Shown: positions 31,648 to 43,376 of the stretch, piece after piece | Layout: each line of letters opens with the position of its first letter | Numbering within the stretch: position 1 is the stretch's first letter | Assembly (NCBI GenBank): GCA_009859145.1 | Contig: VRVR01000016.1 | Location: 177,198 to 241,197, forward strand | DNA length: 64,000 bases | Direction of reading: 5' to 3' | Source: Andalucia godoyi And28 | Taxonomy: Eukaryota; Protista; Jakobida | Made by a program: the position numbers and the translations under genes | Notes under the pieces: generated by a model | What the model was told of the DNA's origin: nothing | The model's input: the letters and a program-made list of their open reading frames with translations, nothing else | Databases searched by the model: none

Positions 31648-33489
31648 ATGGATCCCGATGAATTTGATGGGGCCGAAGCAAAGGATGAGGAAGCGTCGGC
31701 AAATGCGAAAAAGTTGAGAGTGCCTGTTTGTCTTCAGTGTCGAACGTCGCATAAGAAATGCGATGGCAAAAGGCCGTGCGATCGATGTCTTGCTGTTGGC
31801 CGCTCTCACGAGTGCTGTGATCCCCCAACGGCGAATCGCAAAAGAGGACTCTACAGCAACAACAACGGCAACAACAGCAGCAGCAACTGCAACAGCAACA
31901 TCCATGTGAATAATGTTTATAGTAGTAATAACAATAGCATCATGAATAACAACATAGAGTATGGAAACCGTGGTGTGGTGGGCGCAGGATTTCATCAACA
32001 AGGTCCAAATGTGCCAGTATACTCCGGCTTTTCTGCGTATGGTGGAGCCTATGCTGTTCCGCAGCCGGAGCAGCAACTGTATTATAACCCGCAGGCCCCG
32101 CAGCAGTACTTTACGCCTGTCCCTGCAAGGTTGCCTGGATATAATTTCAGTACGCAGGGTTATTCGATGCTTCCCGATGCTTCCGGGGCGATACCCCTCG
32201 ATGTTGCGCTTCCTGCTCGAATGCAGCCTGTTGGATTCTACAATCCCACAACATCACAGAATGTGACGAGGTTGCCCCTAGTCACCACCACTGCACAGCA
32301 ATCCCAAATGCTGCCTCTTCAAACCGTCGACCCAGTTTCAAAGAGAATGAAATTGGAAAACAGAGCGGTTCCTGTGAACAACTCGCATAGTCCTTCTAAT
32401 GGGTCCTCGGCATCGGGTTCTGGATCTTCCTCTGGCTCTGGAAAGAACGGGCGGCTCTCCGAGTCGATGGCGTCGCACCCAGCCTCTACCTCGACTTCGT
32501 CGGCATCTCCGGCTGCGCAGCCTATTTTTATGAATGCCCTGCCTGACGCTTCTCTGCCGGTCCGTTTGACGTCGCCTTCTTCGATCGGCGATCGAGTGTC
32601 GTCGGATTCGTCATCGTCGTCGCTGTCGTCGTCATCTGCGAAGTATGCGGCCCGGAACCCGTCGCCGGTCCCTGGGAACCGAATTTCGCGAGTAGAATCC
32701 GTGGAGAATGCAGAGAACGCAGAGAATAGGGACTCTCTGCAGGCTTGGTCAAATCACGAAACATTCTCCTCATCGTTGATCGATACGGCCAAGGTAGTCG
32801 ATTTGTTTGCAATGCAGTCCGAGCTCATTATGAGAGGCATTGTCTCAACACGGAGTGATTTGTTTGCTAAGAAGTTTGGCGCATCCTTTGTGGAAAAAAG
32901 TAGTTTCAGGAAGAACATTCTGTCGCTTTCGCCTGCGGAAATCAATTTTATGGACCGTATGCATGAAGAGGAACTCGGGAATATATGGGAAACCGATTAT
33001 GCTCCTCCGACAGAAGACGTGCGGCTGCGTGTCCAATCCGCTGTCGATGCTCTAAATCTCCAGGAGGCATGCGAAGCTGCTCAGTCCTCTGGTTTGCCTT
33101 GCACTGCACCACAGCCGATGCTTGTGTACCGGTCGTCTGCAACTTATGCCTATCTTCATCATCTGATGTTGCATCAGTCTCAGCTCATAATGCACATCAA
33201 TAGTGCATTTGAGCGCGCATTTGGATGGCTCAAATCCGAATTTCGTGCGCTTGCGCTTGAGCCGATCCACATTGTGCACTCCAGCGACATTCTCTCTCTT
33301 TTGAAGTGTATTTTTCAAGCCTCCCTTCGTGCCCCGTCCGTCCAGGAAGTCCCTATTTTCGAAGGGCCGTTCAAGCTCATGTGCCATTCTGGAGGATTTC
33401 GAACCTGTATGTTCCGCCATTGGAGCATCCGAAGCCATGACGGGACCCCTGTGTATGGCGTTGTCAGGATGACTGTGTTGCCTGAATAG
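31648..33489 (+). CDS. Zn(II)2Cys6 binuclear-cluster transcription factor with a C-terminal PAS-like domain
   Basis: CLQCRTSHKKCDGKRPCDRCLAVGRSHEC; Asn/Gln/Ser-rich linker; C-terminal INSAFERAFGW...IHIVH...RTC segment resembles PAS. Confidence 0.9.
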   Translation: MDPDEFDGAEAKDEEASANAKKLRVPVCLQCRTSHKKCDGKRPCDRCLAVGRSHECCDPPTANRKRGLYSNNNGNNSSSNCNSNIHVNNVYSSNNNSIMNNNIEYGNRGVVGAGFHQQGPNVPVYSGFSAYGGAYAVPQPEQQLYYNPQAPQQYFTPVPARLPGYNFSTQGYSMLPDASGAIPLDVALPARMQPVGFYNPTTSQNVTRLPLVTTTAQQSQMLPLQTVDPVSKRMKLENRAVPVNNSHSPSNGSSASGSGSSSGSGKNGRLSESMASHPASTSTSSASPAAQPIFMNALPDASLPVRLTSPSSIGDRVSSDSSSSSLSSSSAKYAARNPSPVPGNRISRVESVENAENAENRDSLQAWSNHETFSSSLIDTAKVVDLFAMQSELIMRGIVSTRSDLFAKKFGASFVEKSSFRKNILSLSPAEINFMDRMHEEELGNIWETDYAPPTEDVRLRVQSAVDALNLQEACEAAQSSGLPCTAPQPMLVYRSSATYAYLHHLMLHQSQLIMHINSAFERAFGWLKSEFRALALEPIHIVHSSDILSLLKCIFQASLRAPSVQEVPIFEGPFKLMCHSGGFRTCMFRHWSIRSHDGTPVYGVVRMTVLPE

Positions 33490-34091
33490 CGTCTTTTTTT
33501 TTCTTAAGTAGCGTCTTCTTCTTATCCCCCTTCTTCTTCCGCCTCCTTTTCGTGTGTGGCGAAGAGTCCGTTGCGTCGTTGTGAATGATCTCGCTGTATA
33601 GACATGACATGTATATTACACGCAGATTGCTTATTCAACAATTTTTTTAAATATTTAATAATATTTAATAATACTAGTTTCTCTTTTTTTTTTTTTCTGT
33701 GCCCTTCTTCACATTCGTTTCACGCGCTCTGTGTGTGCGTGTGTGCGTGTGTGTCTGTGTGTCTGTGTGTCTGTGTGTGCTGCATTCCGCACCCTCAAAG
33801 CTCAACCCAAGTTGCAACGCAATGCCAAAAAGCATACAGAAAGTCAAAGAAGTCCGGAAGTCGTGAACTGATCTCTCTTTGGCTTGTCTGCTTGAGGCAA
33901 TCTCCAGACAAAGGAAAGCAGTCCTTTTCCTTTTTGGTTTTCTAACAATCTTGGTTTGGGTTCCGTTTTCTTTTTTTGTTGTTGTTAATACCAATATCCA
34001 TATTCATATTCGCCTTCATATTTGTATTTGTATTGGTATTGGTATTTGTTGTTGCTGTTGTTGTTGTTGTTGTTGCAGTTAGAAGTGGGAG

Positions 34092-35411
34092 ATGTCTTCG
34101 TCTGGTGGAGCTCCTGAACTTGATCTCAGTGCGCTGCCTGAAGAAGCACGTCGACTGATTTTGGCGCAGTTGATGCAATCGCATCGACAGCAGAAGCCTG
34201 AAGGCGACGAAGCACACCATGCGTTCTGGGACACGCAGCCTGTTCCGAAGCTCAAGGATGACATTGCAGTGGAAGGGCCCATTTCGGCAGCCAAGACGGT
34301 TGCGGAAGTGCGCCAGGAGCCTCTTGGTCTGCCGGATGCGTTCGAGTGGGTTATCCTGGATGTTCATTCTGATGAGCACATGGACCAGCTGTTCAATCTC
34401 TTGCTTGAAAATTACGTGGAAGACGACGATGCAATGTTCCGCTTTGCGTACCGCCCTGCGTTTCTGCGATGGGCCCTTACTGCGCCTGGCTGGATCCGCG
34501 ACTGGCATGCCGGGATCCGCGTGAAGGCTTCGCAGAAGCTCGTGGCATTCATTTCTGCAATTCCTGTTCATCTGGGATTGCGCACAGAGAAGATTGCTGC
34601 TGTCGAGATTAACTTTTTGTGCGTCCACAAGAAGCTGCGACACAAGAGGCTTGCACCAGTGCTGATTGGAGAGATCACAAGAAGGGTTCATCTCAAGGAC
34701 ATTTGGCAAGCAGTGTATACCGCAGGCATCTTGCTGCCCAAACCCGTGGCTCGTTGCCAGTATTGGCACCGTTCACTGAATCCCAGAAAGCTGGTTTCTG
34801 TTGGCTTTTCGAGCATTCCCTCCGCCATTCGACAGTTTAAGGATCCGATGGCTGCCACCGAGAGACTCTACGCGCTCCCCGAAAAGGCTGCATCCGAAGG
34901 TCTTAAGCCAATGACCAAGAAGGATGTTGCATCTGTGCACAAGCTTTTGACGACGTACCTTGAAACCAAGAAGGATGACGAAACACCCCGGTTTGGAGTC
35001 CGTGCATACTTCTCAATCGAAGAAGTCGAGCACTGGCTTCTTCCGCGATCCAAGGTTATTTCTTCGTACGTCATCACGGATGCGTCGTCTGGAGAAGTTA
35101 CGGATTTGATCTCGTTCTACTCTCTACCGTCCTCCGTCATCGACAAGTCTACCGGCTTCGATACAATCGAAGCCGCGTACTGCTTCTACAATGTAGCGAC
35201 AACCGTTCCTCTCGAGCAGCTGTTGCGAGATGCACTCGTCTTGGCCAAGAAGGAAGGCTTCGACGTTTTCAATGCGCTCGACATGCTCGAAAATGGGCAG
35301 TATCTGGAAAAGCTGCGGTTTGGAATCGGAGACGGCGCCTTGCACTACTATCTGTACAACTGGGCATTGAAACCGGTCAACTCGGACGAAATGGGCCTTG
35401 TCATGCTCTAA
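34092..35411 (+). CDS. NMT: Glycylpeptide N-myristoyltransferase
   Basis: FWDTQPVP, ENYVEDDDAMFRF, EINFLCVHKKLRHKRLAPVLIGEITRRV, FGIGDG.LHYYLYNW, terminal GLVML. Confidence 0.98.
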   Translation: MSSSGGAPELDLSALPEEARRLILAQLMQSHRQQKPEGDEAHHAFWDTQPVPKLKDDIAVEGPISAAKTVAEVRQEPLGLPDAFEWVILDVHSDEHMDQLFNLLLENYVEDDDAMFRFAYRPAFLRWALTAPGWIRDWHAGIRVKASQKLVAFISAIPVHLGLRTEKIAAVEINFLCVHKKLRHKRLAPVLIGEITRRVHLKDIWQAVYTAGILLPKPVARCQYWHRSLNPRKLVSVGFSSIPSAIRQFKDPMAATERLYALPEKAASEGLKPMTKKDVASVHKLLTTYLETKKDDETPRFGVRAYFSIEEVEHWLLPRSKVISSYVITDASSGEVTDLISFYSLPSSVIDKSTGFDTIEAAYCFYNVATTVPLEQLLRDALVLAKKEGFDVFNALDMLENGQYLEKLRFGIGDGALHYYLYNWALKPVNSDEMGLVML

Positions 35412-36280
35412 GAAGAAGAGCAGGATCCCTTCCCGCTCTCGTAGATTTGTCAAATTGTGTGAGGAGGTGTAGCGCGAGCGTGTGTGTTGTTGTTTATGTA
35501 TGTGCGTCTGTCTGTGTCTCTGTGTCTCTGTGTCTCTGTCTCTCTGTGTCTCTCTCTGTGTATGTATGTAGCAATGTGCATGCATGCATTCGTCAATTTT
35601 TTTTATTTCCTTTTTTAAATTGAATAAATGCCATTCAAAATACGTTCGTTCTTCTGCGTTACCCAAATTCTGAGCATATCACAGAGCCGTTAATAACTGT
35701 CCCCTCGCTCTTTCCGGTTTCCCAAACCCCATTCCCTATTCCACAGGTGTTCCAAGCAATCTTTATATCTTTAAAGGAGCATTTTAAAAAGGTGAGAGTG
35801 CAAAAAAACACAGAAGTGCAAAATACACGAATGAGCTCCGACGCTTTAAAAAGCGAGACTGCTTGGACAGTCGAAGCATCGTGCAGGCGCCTTCTGGTCC
35901 CACCAGAGAACGCATTCGTTCCAGTTTTTTTCCCAACCTCACAATCCTACTTGTCGTAGCTCTCATCCAACCCGACCCACTACTCTCGTGTCCCAACTTC
36001 CAACTCGACACCTCTCTTTTCTCTTTCAAAAAGCAAAAGCAAAAGACTCTCTTTCATTTCGTGCTTTCCTCTTTCATCTTTGTCTTTTCATTATTATTCG
36101 TGTTTTACATTATTACTGTTTGATCATAATTTTTTTTTAAATTGTAATTCTCGGTTTGGGGGAGGCTTGTTAGTTAGTTGTATTTTTATTATTACTATTA
36201 TTATTATTTTTAATTAAGTATTTTTTTATTATTATTTTTTGGGGGAGGTGTGGTTTTTTGGTTTTGGAGGCTTGCTACTC

Positions 36281-37774
36281 ATGAACCCGACGACTGGTAC
36301 TACTACTACTGCTACGAGTAGCACGACTGGGGGTGGTGCTGGAGCTTCACCTTCGCCGGCTGTTGCGGGAGCGAAAAAGTCTGGGAGTCCATCGATGTCG
36401 GACATTACGCGCGAGAAGGCGAATGCCACGAAGTCGTATATTGAAAACAAGTATGCCGAGTTGATGGCACGCACGCAGGAGCGGCAGCGGCGACGCCAGG
36501 AAGTGGAGAATTCTGTGGGAACGGAAGAAGAAAAGCTTGCGGCGCTTGAAAAGCTCAGGCTCGAGGAGAAGAAGCGGGAGGAGGAGATGCGAAAGAGACT
36601 TACGCCTGAGGACTTTGAGAGCATCAAGGTTATTGGGCGTGGTGCGTTTGGAGAAGTGCGGCTGTGCAAACGAAAGGATAATTTAGAGATCGTCGCAATG
36701 AAGAAGCTCAACAAGATTGCGATGCTCAAGAAGAATCAGATTCAGCACGTCAAGGCAGAAAGAGACATTTTGACGCAGGCGAACAATCCGTGGGTTGTTG
36801 GGCTGAGCGCATCATTCCAGGACGATGAATTTCTGTATCTCATCATGGAGTATCTTCCAGGTGGTGATATGATGACGTGGTTGATCAACCGGGAGATATT
36901 CACCGAGCAAGAGGCTCGCTTCTATCTCGCAGAGCTATGTGCTGCTGTGGAGTCCATTCACAGGCTTGGATACGTCCACCGCGATTTGAAGCCAGACAAC
37001 ATTCTTCTTGATGCTGAGGGCCATATTAAGTTAACGGATTTTGGTCTTTGCAAACCGTACGTCAATGGACAGGAGATTACGTCGTCAACTTGGGACGCGG
37101 ACAAGGTTGCGGAATCGCCTGCGCCGTCGGACGTCAGTCGCCAAGAAAAGATTGCAACATGGAAGAAGCGAAGGGCGATCATGTTCTCGACGGTTGGGTC
37201 TCCGGGATACATTGCGCCAGAAGTGCTGCAAAAGAAGGGGTACGGCATCGAGTGCGACTGGTGGTCTGTCGGTGTCATCATGTTTGAGATGCTGTGTGGC
37301 TATCCACCTTTCTACGCCGACCAACCGCTCGAGACGTGCCGCAAGATAGTCCGCTGGCGTGAGTATTTGGAAATTCCAGATGACATTGCCTTGAGCCCCG
37401 CTTCCAAGGATCTTATTCTGCGGTTCTTGACCGATCCTGCGGATCGAATTGGCTCTCGTTCTTTCGATGACATTCGCAAGCATCCGTTCTTTGTGGGAAT
37501 TGATTGGGATAATCTGCGAAAAATGAATCCGCCTTTCAAGCCCAACATCAAATCCGATGTAGACACGTCGTACTTTGATGATTTCGACGAGGAACCGGAA
37601 CAGAAGTCTATGCCAAAGAAGGCAAAGGCAAAACTGACGGATGAGGACATTGTCTTCAAGGGATACACTTTCAAGAGAACCGCCACTCCTTCTTCTGGAA
37701 ATGGCAGCGTTCCCCCGGCGTCTGGCTCGCGGCCGTCTTTGCAGAGTATTTTTGCCCCTCCCGAAGACGAGTGA
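36281..37774 (+). CDS. NDR/LATS-family AGC kinase (STK38/Cbk1/Orb6-like)
   Basis: N-terminal MOB-binding region (KSYIENKY...RR), IGRGAFGEV, HRDLKPDN, DFG, STVGSPGYIAPE and hydrophobic motif FKGYTFKR. Confidence 0.95.
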   Translation: MNPTTGTTTTATSSTTGGGAGASPSPAVAGAKKSGSPSMSDITREKANATKSYIENKYAELMARTQERQRRRQEVENSVGTEEEKLAALEKLRLEEKKREEEMRKRLTPEDFESIKVIGRGAFGEVRLCKRKDNLEIVAMKKLNKIAMLKKNQIQHVKAERDILTQANNPWVVGLSASFQDDEFLYLIMEYLPGGDMMTWLINREIFTEQEARFYLAELCAAVESIHRLGYVHRDLKPDNILLDAEGHIKLTDFGLCKPYVNGQEITSSTWDADKVAESPAPSDVSRQEKIATWKKRRAIMFSTVGSPGYIAPEVLQKKGYGIECDWWSVGVIMFEMLCGYPPFYADQPLETCRKIVRWREYLEIPDDIALSPASKDLILRFLTDPADRIGSRSFDDIRKHPFFVGIDWDNLRKMNPPFKPNIKSDVDTSYFDDFDEEPEQKSMPKKAKAKLTDEDIVFKGYTFKRTATPSSGNGSVPPASGSRPSLQSIFAPPEDE

Positions 37775-38074
37775 TTTTATGATTGTTAATTATTTTTTCT
37801 GGGACACCGCATTTCTTTATTTTGATTGGTTCTTTCCTTTGTCGTTGCAAACCACATTTTGATGTGTTTGCGTCCTTTCTTTTTTCTGTTTCTTTTTTCG
37901 CTTCTTCTCCGTTCTGTTATTTTTCTCCTTTCTCTTCTTCTTCAGGTGAGTTCGGTGGGAAAAGTCTTGTACTGTACTGTACTGTGGTGTTGTTGTTGTT
38001 GTTTTTCTTATTTTTTTAAATTAAAAATTAAAAAAAGAATGAGTGGGCTTATATGAAAATCTGGTGGAATCAGA

Positions 38075-40753
38075 TCAATCAATGTCGATTCGCATGGGCT
38101 CTGAATGGGGCAGTGCAGCAGGATTCTCTCGGTGGAACTTCACGGACGGAGCCAACTTTGACATTCGCTTTGGAAACCTGTTCCACATGTCGTTGATCTT
38201 CGAAGAGGTCAGCGCACGGAGCTTCCGGAAGTCATGCAGCGTCGGGAAAGAGTTGATGACAGCAACCTGCGGGATTTCAGGAGCATCCGGCTTCGCGTAT
38301 CCCTCTGTCCAGATAGGAAGGAAATCTCGCCTTTCGATTTCGTCGTACAATCGAGCGGTGCCCTCTGGATATTCAATCAAGCGGTAGCACTGGATGAGAT
38401 GAACCAACATTCTTCGTTCTTCGGGACTTTGTAAATCCTCCTCCTTTGCACCCAGAATTGCACGAACAATCGCATTTGTGGCAAAAGCACGCGCTTGTGA
38501 CAGCGCTTCGATGTTTGCGTCTCCAGGAGGAACATATGCCATCGCACGATAGAAATACTTGAACGCTTCATACGAGGTGTTGAGATCATCTTTCCCAAGA
38601 GTTGCATTCACACCTTCAATAATATTGCTGCAGTAGCACGCATCAGCATGTCTGCGGTGGAAGCGGTGCATAAACTCCTCATTCTCTGATCTCACTTGCG
38701 TTATGAGAGAAGCCGGAACATGGCATTCACTAGGAACAGTCTGTGCCCCATCGTCCTTCAAATATATGAAACAGTATGCGTTTGTTTCCAAGTCTTGCAT
38801 GTCCACATCCGCCAGAATCTCAACATTCATATCTGAGAACTTGACAAGCTGGCCGGTGGAAGGGTGCTTGGCGACAACGTAGTAATGTCCACTGGTGGCG
38901 TGCGATCCTTCATGCACAAGAACTGCTTGGAGGGAGTAGCCGTTTTCGGTCATGTCGTTAAATATTACAGATGATTCGTATTCCACAGCTTGCAAGTCGC
39001 ACTCCAATTGCTTCACACGCATTTCCATGCTGTCTCTGAGGTTATCCAAGTAACGAATAACACCATCCTGCGAAGCGTCCTCTGCTCGCACATGCGACAA
39101 CACGCGCGCAACTTCGGAAGGCTTCAGCGCACTTTGCAGCTGCGATTGCAACTCATTGCGGCGGTCACGAAAAGCCGAAAGCTTTTGTCTCCGCTGCCAC
39201 ACAACATCGCGATTCTTGGTACAATATCGATCCATAAAAAGCTTTTGGTAGAACTTCATCTTTCCATCTACCTTGATTCCCTTCTTCTGATCCTGGTTGT
39301 ATACGACTCTCTGCAACTGCAAGACAAGTATTTCAGGAAGTTTTTCGATTTCAACAAATCGGGTAACCTTTTCAGTCGAACGCCCCCCTTCGGTCCACTC
39401 GACATCTGAGGTGACGTACTCGTCAAGAGATTCGTAGATATCCGGCCGAACGTCCAGCACGATTTGGGAGAAATCAACAGGACGGACCTCTGGGCGTCCA
39501 GAAAACCGCTCCACAAATCCTCCTTTGAACCGAGGTTCCAGAAACGGCAGCTTTTCCAAGAGAAACATGAAAAACTCGGAAGCATCCTGCTGTTCTCCGT
39601 ACGAGATTTTCAGCTGATCAAAGGCGGCTCTTGGATTGACAGCTTTCGTCTCGGATAGCAGCAATCTCGCGAACAGCAAGGACAGTTGATAAAAAGGCGA
39701 CTTTGAAGGATCCTGGCTAGCCTCTGCCATTGGAGCCGACGACATTGCATGCAAATTCGAAGTGGAAATAAAAGATGGCGTGACAAACGAAGTCGTCGTG
39801 GACGGGGATGACAAGCCCCCGGCCTGACTCATATCGTCGAGCATCATGCTTGAAGCCTTTGTGTCTCCTGCTTCGTCCACCCCCGGAGAGAGAGAAGTCG
39901 GTGAGATCTCAATCACCTCCGCAGTGCCGCCGTCATGAACCGCAGCCGTAACCACATTACTCAATTTCATTTCTGCTCTCTCGCACGCTTGCAGCAAGTC
40001 CACATTCAGGTTCCCCACTGACCAAAATGCCTGCAGCAGCGAATTCAGATAGCACGTATTTCCGACATTCTTCAGCCCCACCGGTACATATGGTGATATT
40101 CGGCGGTACGACACCGGGTCCTCAAACCACTCCTCTACGATCTCTGGTTTCTGATAGCTTTCCAAGATGGACAACTGGATTGCTTTTTGGATATCATCTT
40201 CTGCCTTTGAGCTGGACTGACCCTGTCCCCCCTCCTGCATGCTCATCGCGAGTGCCTTCTTCATCTGCTCATCCTCCGACATCACAGGCACGAGCGGATA
40301 ATCACTCGAAGTCGACGAAGCCAGCGGGGCACCATGCACCATCGCACGCTGAGGACTGACTTCAAAGTCTTCGCTCAATGTTCGTGCCGGATCCGCAGGT
40401 CGTTTTGCAGGATGTTCCAAGAACTCGGACGTCAGCTCATTGATCGATACCTGCGATGTGTTCTGCAGCGGCACACTCGATGTCTGCTGCTGCTGTTGTG
40501 CCTGATGTGGTTGTGGTTGTGGCGGTGGCGGATGTCCTGGTTGCGATGACTCTTGGACAACACCTGCTGTACTCCTGGGGGGAGACCCAGACCCAACTTC
40601 GGGAAACTCGCCACATACGAGTGCATCAATGACAAGGCCCAGACGATCCGAATAGTTCGCAAACCGAAGGAACGCTCGGCGGACTTGTCCCTCCGAACAC
40701 GGTATCTGCATATCCCGAAGCGTCCTTATTGCATTTTGAACATCCTCTTCCAT
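38075..40753 (-). CDS. Ubiquitin-specific protease (C19) with N-terminal UBA-like and two UIM motifs (USP25/28-like)
   Basis: UIMs EDEQMKKALAMSM and EDDIQKAIQLSI; Cys box GLKNVGNTCYLNSLLQ; QQDASEF; His box LVHEG...GHYY. Confidence 0.92.
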   Translation of the reverse strand: MEEDVQNAIRTLRDMQIPCSEGQVRRAFLRFANYSDRLGLVIDALVCGEFPEVGSGSPPRSTAGVVQESSQPGHPPPPQPQPHQAQQQQQTSSVPLQNTSQVSINELTSEFLEHPAKRPADPARTLSEDFEVSPQRAMVHGAPLASSTSSDYPLVPVMSEDEQMKKALAMSMQEGGQGQSSSKAEDDIQKAIQLSILESYQKPEIVEEWFEDPVSYRRISPYVPVGLKNVGNTCYLNSLLQAFWSVGNLNVDLLQACERAEMKLSNVVTAAVHDGGTAEVIEISPTSLSPGVDEAGDTKASSMMLDDMSQAGGLSSPSTTTSFVTPSFISTSNLHAMSSAPMAEASQDPSKSPFYQLSLLFARLLLSETKAVNPRAAFDQLKISYGEQQDASEFFMFLLEKLPFLEPRFKGGFVERFSGRPEVRPVDFSQIVLDVRPDIYESLDEYVTSDVEWTEGGRSTEKVTRFVEIEKLPEILVLQLQRVVYNQDQKKGIKVDGKMKFYQKLFMDRYCTKNRDVVWQRRQKLSAFRDRRNELQSQLQSALKPSEVARVLSHVRAEDASQDGVIRYLDNLRDSMEMRVKQLECDLQAVEYESSVIFNDMTENGYSLQAVLVHEGSHATSGHYYVVAKHPSTGQLVKFSDMNVEILADVDMQDLETNAYCFIYLKDDGAQTVPSECHVPASLITQVRSENEEFMHRFHRRHADACYCSNIIEGVNATLGKDDLNTSYEAFKYFYRAMAYVPPGDANIEALSQARAFATNAIVRAILGAKEEDLQSPEERRMLVHLIQCYRLIEYPEGTARLYDEIERRDFLPIWTEGYAKPDAPEIPQVAVINSFPTLHDFRKLRALTSSKINDMWNRFPKRMSKLAPSVKFHRENPAALPHSEPMRIDID

Positions 40754-41128
40754 TTACAACCGCGCTATTCCAAACCACACAAACACAAATCAAACGCAGA
40801 ACAAGTATGAAGAAGAAGAAAAGAAGATACACGAAAAATAGAAACACGAAAACACAACGAGAAGAATTCGAATAATCAAAAAATAGTACCTGTACCTTCA
40901 ACCCAGCGCTACCGTATATATCGAGAGGCGACTCGCAGAGACACACAAGAGAGTCAGAACGCGCGTTGAGACTTGAGACTGGAGAACCGTGAAAGAAACG
41001 TGTGTACTTTGGGCTTTCTCTTTTTTGGCTTGCAAATCACAGGCACGTTTCTTACGTACTGCCGCAAGCGTAGAACTACTGCTTTGCTGGATTAAGCACG
41101 CTTGGGGGGCTAGGGAAAGTGTTCGTGC

Positions 41129-42802
41129 GTGCCGAGGATGCGGATCCAAGAGTACTGTTCTTGTCGCAGAAGAAGAAGTTGCGATGTTGGTCACTGCCAC
41201 TTCTTACTGTTGTTGATGTTGCTGATGCTGCTGGTGAGTGCGGCGCCCTTGGTTGTGCGTGCGGCCATCTATGAGTGCCCGACGGCGCCGATGGTTGCAG
41301 AGGACCGGAGGATAGACACGTCAAGGCTGTCTGTGTCGACGTTCAATTTGTACTGGTTTTTCAATGTCTCGGATCTGGCGATTAATCCGTGGAAGAACTT
41401 GACCGATGTCACTCAGCACGTCCGCAACGTCGCGAGGATCATCCGGATCATGGATTCTGATGTTGTGAATCTTGTTGAGGTGCAGGATTGTGGAATGCTG
41501 AATTGGCTGGTTGAAGAAATCGGCGCAAGTGCAAGGTACAAACCGTATCTCTTGTTTGGAACCGACACATCGACCCGCCAAAACGTGGCCTTGCTTACCC
41601 GAGTTGATCCGACCATAACCCTTGCTCGATCGTCCGGGCGCTCGGAATACCCAGTGGTGTTTAACGGATTTGATGGGTTTTGTGCCTGGAACGGCGCCAA
41701 GTCGTCTACATCTCTCTCGAAACACTACTTGACAAAGCTTTCGTTCCCGCAGTTTGATCTGGCTCTGATGGGTCTACACTTCATTGCAATTCCTACCGAC
41801 CCAGCGAGATGTTCTCAGCGAGAGGCACAAGCAGTGGTTGCTGCTGCATTCATGAAGCAGTTCAGCGAGGACTTGGCGTCCACCTCTTCCCAGCCAGTGG
41901 AACAGATTATCTTGGGTGATTTCAATGATTATGCAGATGATGTTGTGGACTCGTTTGGCAACAGACCGGCTTCTCGAGCAGCATTTATTCTTCGAAACAC
42001 CTCCCGTTCGGACGGAGAGCTGTTCAACGTCGCCAATCTAGTGAGTCCGCAGGAAAGGTACACGGATTGGTGGGACAGGAATCAGAATGGTATTGACGAA
42101 GGCCTGGCAGAGCACTCCATGATAGATCACATTCTGGTGTCTCCAGGCTTGCGCAACCGGATTCTCTCTGTCTCGATTCCTCACCTCTTTGTTGGAGACC
42201 TGTACTATTCTGATCACTATCCGGTAACTGTGGTGCTCGACATGACATCCAACTCGACAATGAGCCGAGAGTCATCCCCTATGTCTGCCCCCATCCAAGC
42301 CCAGATCACACCCTTTGGGTTTTGGACTTCAAAAATAGTCAAATCCAGCACGTCCTGCGAATTCTCCTTGTCGTTCACGTCGTCTTCTCCTGTTTTTGTG
42401 CGGTGGCAGTATGAACGTCCACCCAAGGATTTTGATTTCGTCGGATCCGTTACTGCCATGTACTCGACTGTCCCAGTACGTCTGTGCGACCCGTCCACTT
42501 CGGCGTTGTTCCTGGACGTTCTAAACACCCAGGGTGACCCTTCAGATTTTACGCTCAGTTTCAGTCCAAACCTCGTCGTTGTGGATGACTCCAGTGCAGA
42601 CTGCAACCTGGACTGCTATTCGCTTGCGGTTGTTGCAGTTGTGGGAACGGCGTGCTTTATCGCCGGAGTTGGTTTGTGTTATCTGGCTGCGCTTGCGCAT
42701 AACAGGTGGCGACGGAGGAAGGGTGAATCCGCAGATGAGAAGCGTACGATGACAATGCCCAGCCGAAGCTCTGTTGGTCACTCACGGCTTGTTGATGAGT
42801 AG
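41129..42802 (+). CDS. Endonuclease/exonuclease/phosphatase (EEP) family protein, signal peptide and C-terminal TM
   Basis: TFNL, DVVNLVEV, GLHF, GDFND, IDHIL, SDHYPV. The true start is probably downstream of the track start. Confidence 0.88.
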   Translation: MPRMRIQEYCSCRRRRSCDVGHCHFLLLLMLLMLLVSAAPLVVRAAIYECPTAPMVAEDRRIDTSRLSVSTFNLYWFFNVSDLAINPWKNLTDVTQHVRNVARIIRIMDSDVVNLVEVQDCGMLNWLVEEIGASARYKPYLLFGTDTSTRQNVALLTRVDPTITLARSSGRSEYPVVFNGFDGFCAWNGAKSSTSLSKHYLTKLSFPQFDLALMGLHFIAIPTDPARCSQREAQAVVAAAFMKQFSEDLASTSSQPVEQIILGDFNDYADDVVDSFGNRPASRAAFILRNTSRSDGELFNVANLVSPQERYTDWWDRNQNGIDEGLAEHSMIDHILVSPGLRNRILSVSIPHLFVGDLYYSDHYPVTVVLDMTSNSTMSRESSPMSAPIQAQITPFGFWTSKIVKSSTSCEFSLSFTSSSPVFVRWQYERPPKDFDFVGSVTAMYSTVPVRLCDPSTSALFLDVLNTQGDPSDFTLSFSPNLVVVDDSSADCNLDCYSLAVVAVVGTACFIAGVGLCYLAALAHNRWRRRKGESADEKRTMTMPSRSSVGHSRLVDE

Positions 42803-42816
42803 CTCCCGTCTTCCTT

Positions 42817-42819
<3 letters not shown>

Positions 42820-42883
<64 letters not shown>
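42820..42883. repeat. (CT)n microsatellite
   Basis: Direct reading of the sequence. Confidence 0.95.
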
Positions 42884-42887
<4 letters not shown>

Positions 42888-43376
42888 CGCTCGCTCGCTC
42901 GCTCGCTGTCATCCATTCTTAAACATGAAGAAATTGAAAAAGCTGTTTAAAAAATAAATCCCACCTGATGAGGTACCGGTAACACTTCGTTGCTGACTGC
43001 TGTAAGTGCCGTAGTAGCTGTAGTAGTGTCCGACCGCAGGATCCGTTGCTGCAAAACAGGTTTGTTATTCATTCAATTCTTCGTGCTTTTCGTGTCTTTC
43101 ATTTTTTATAATTCCATTTGCATTGCATTCCTAGTACTATTATTATCATCATTCTAGATTTTTCTTGTTGGTCTATTTTGATTGGTTGGATTGTTTGGTT
43201 CTGGTAGCGAAGGGGAAGAGCTCGAGTGCAGTGCCCAATAATCCAAAGAAGAAGAAAAACAAAAAAGGGGAGCATAATCAGTGGCAGCAGCATTGCAATT
43301 GCAGAAGAAGAAGAAGAAGAGACAGATAGACAGATAGACAGACGTACGTACGTAAGCAAGAGGCAGCGATAGAAAG

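Noticed and set aside
42960-43010. CTGATGAG motif suggesting a hammerhead ribozyme or C/D snoRNA
   Set aside because: No GAAA core or stem II/III follows, and the nearest CTGA is too close for a C/D snoRNA.
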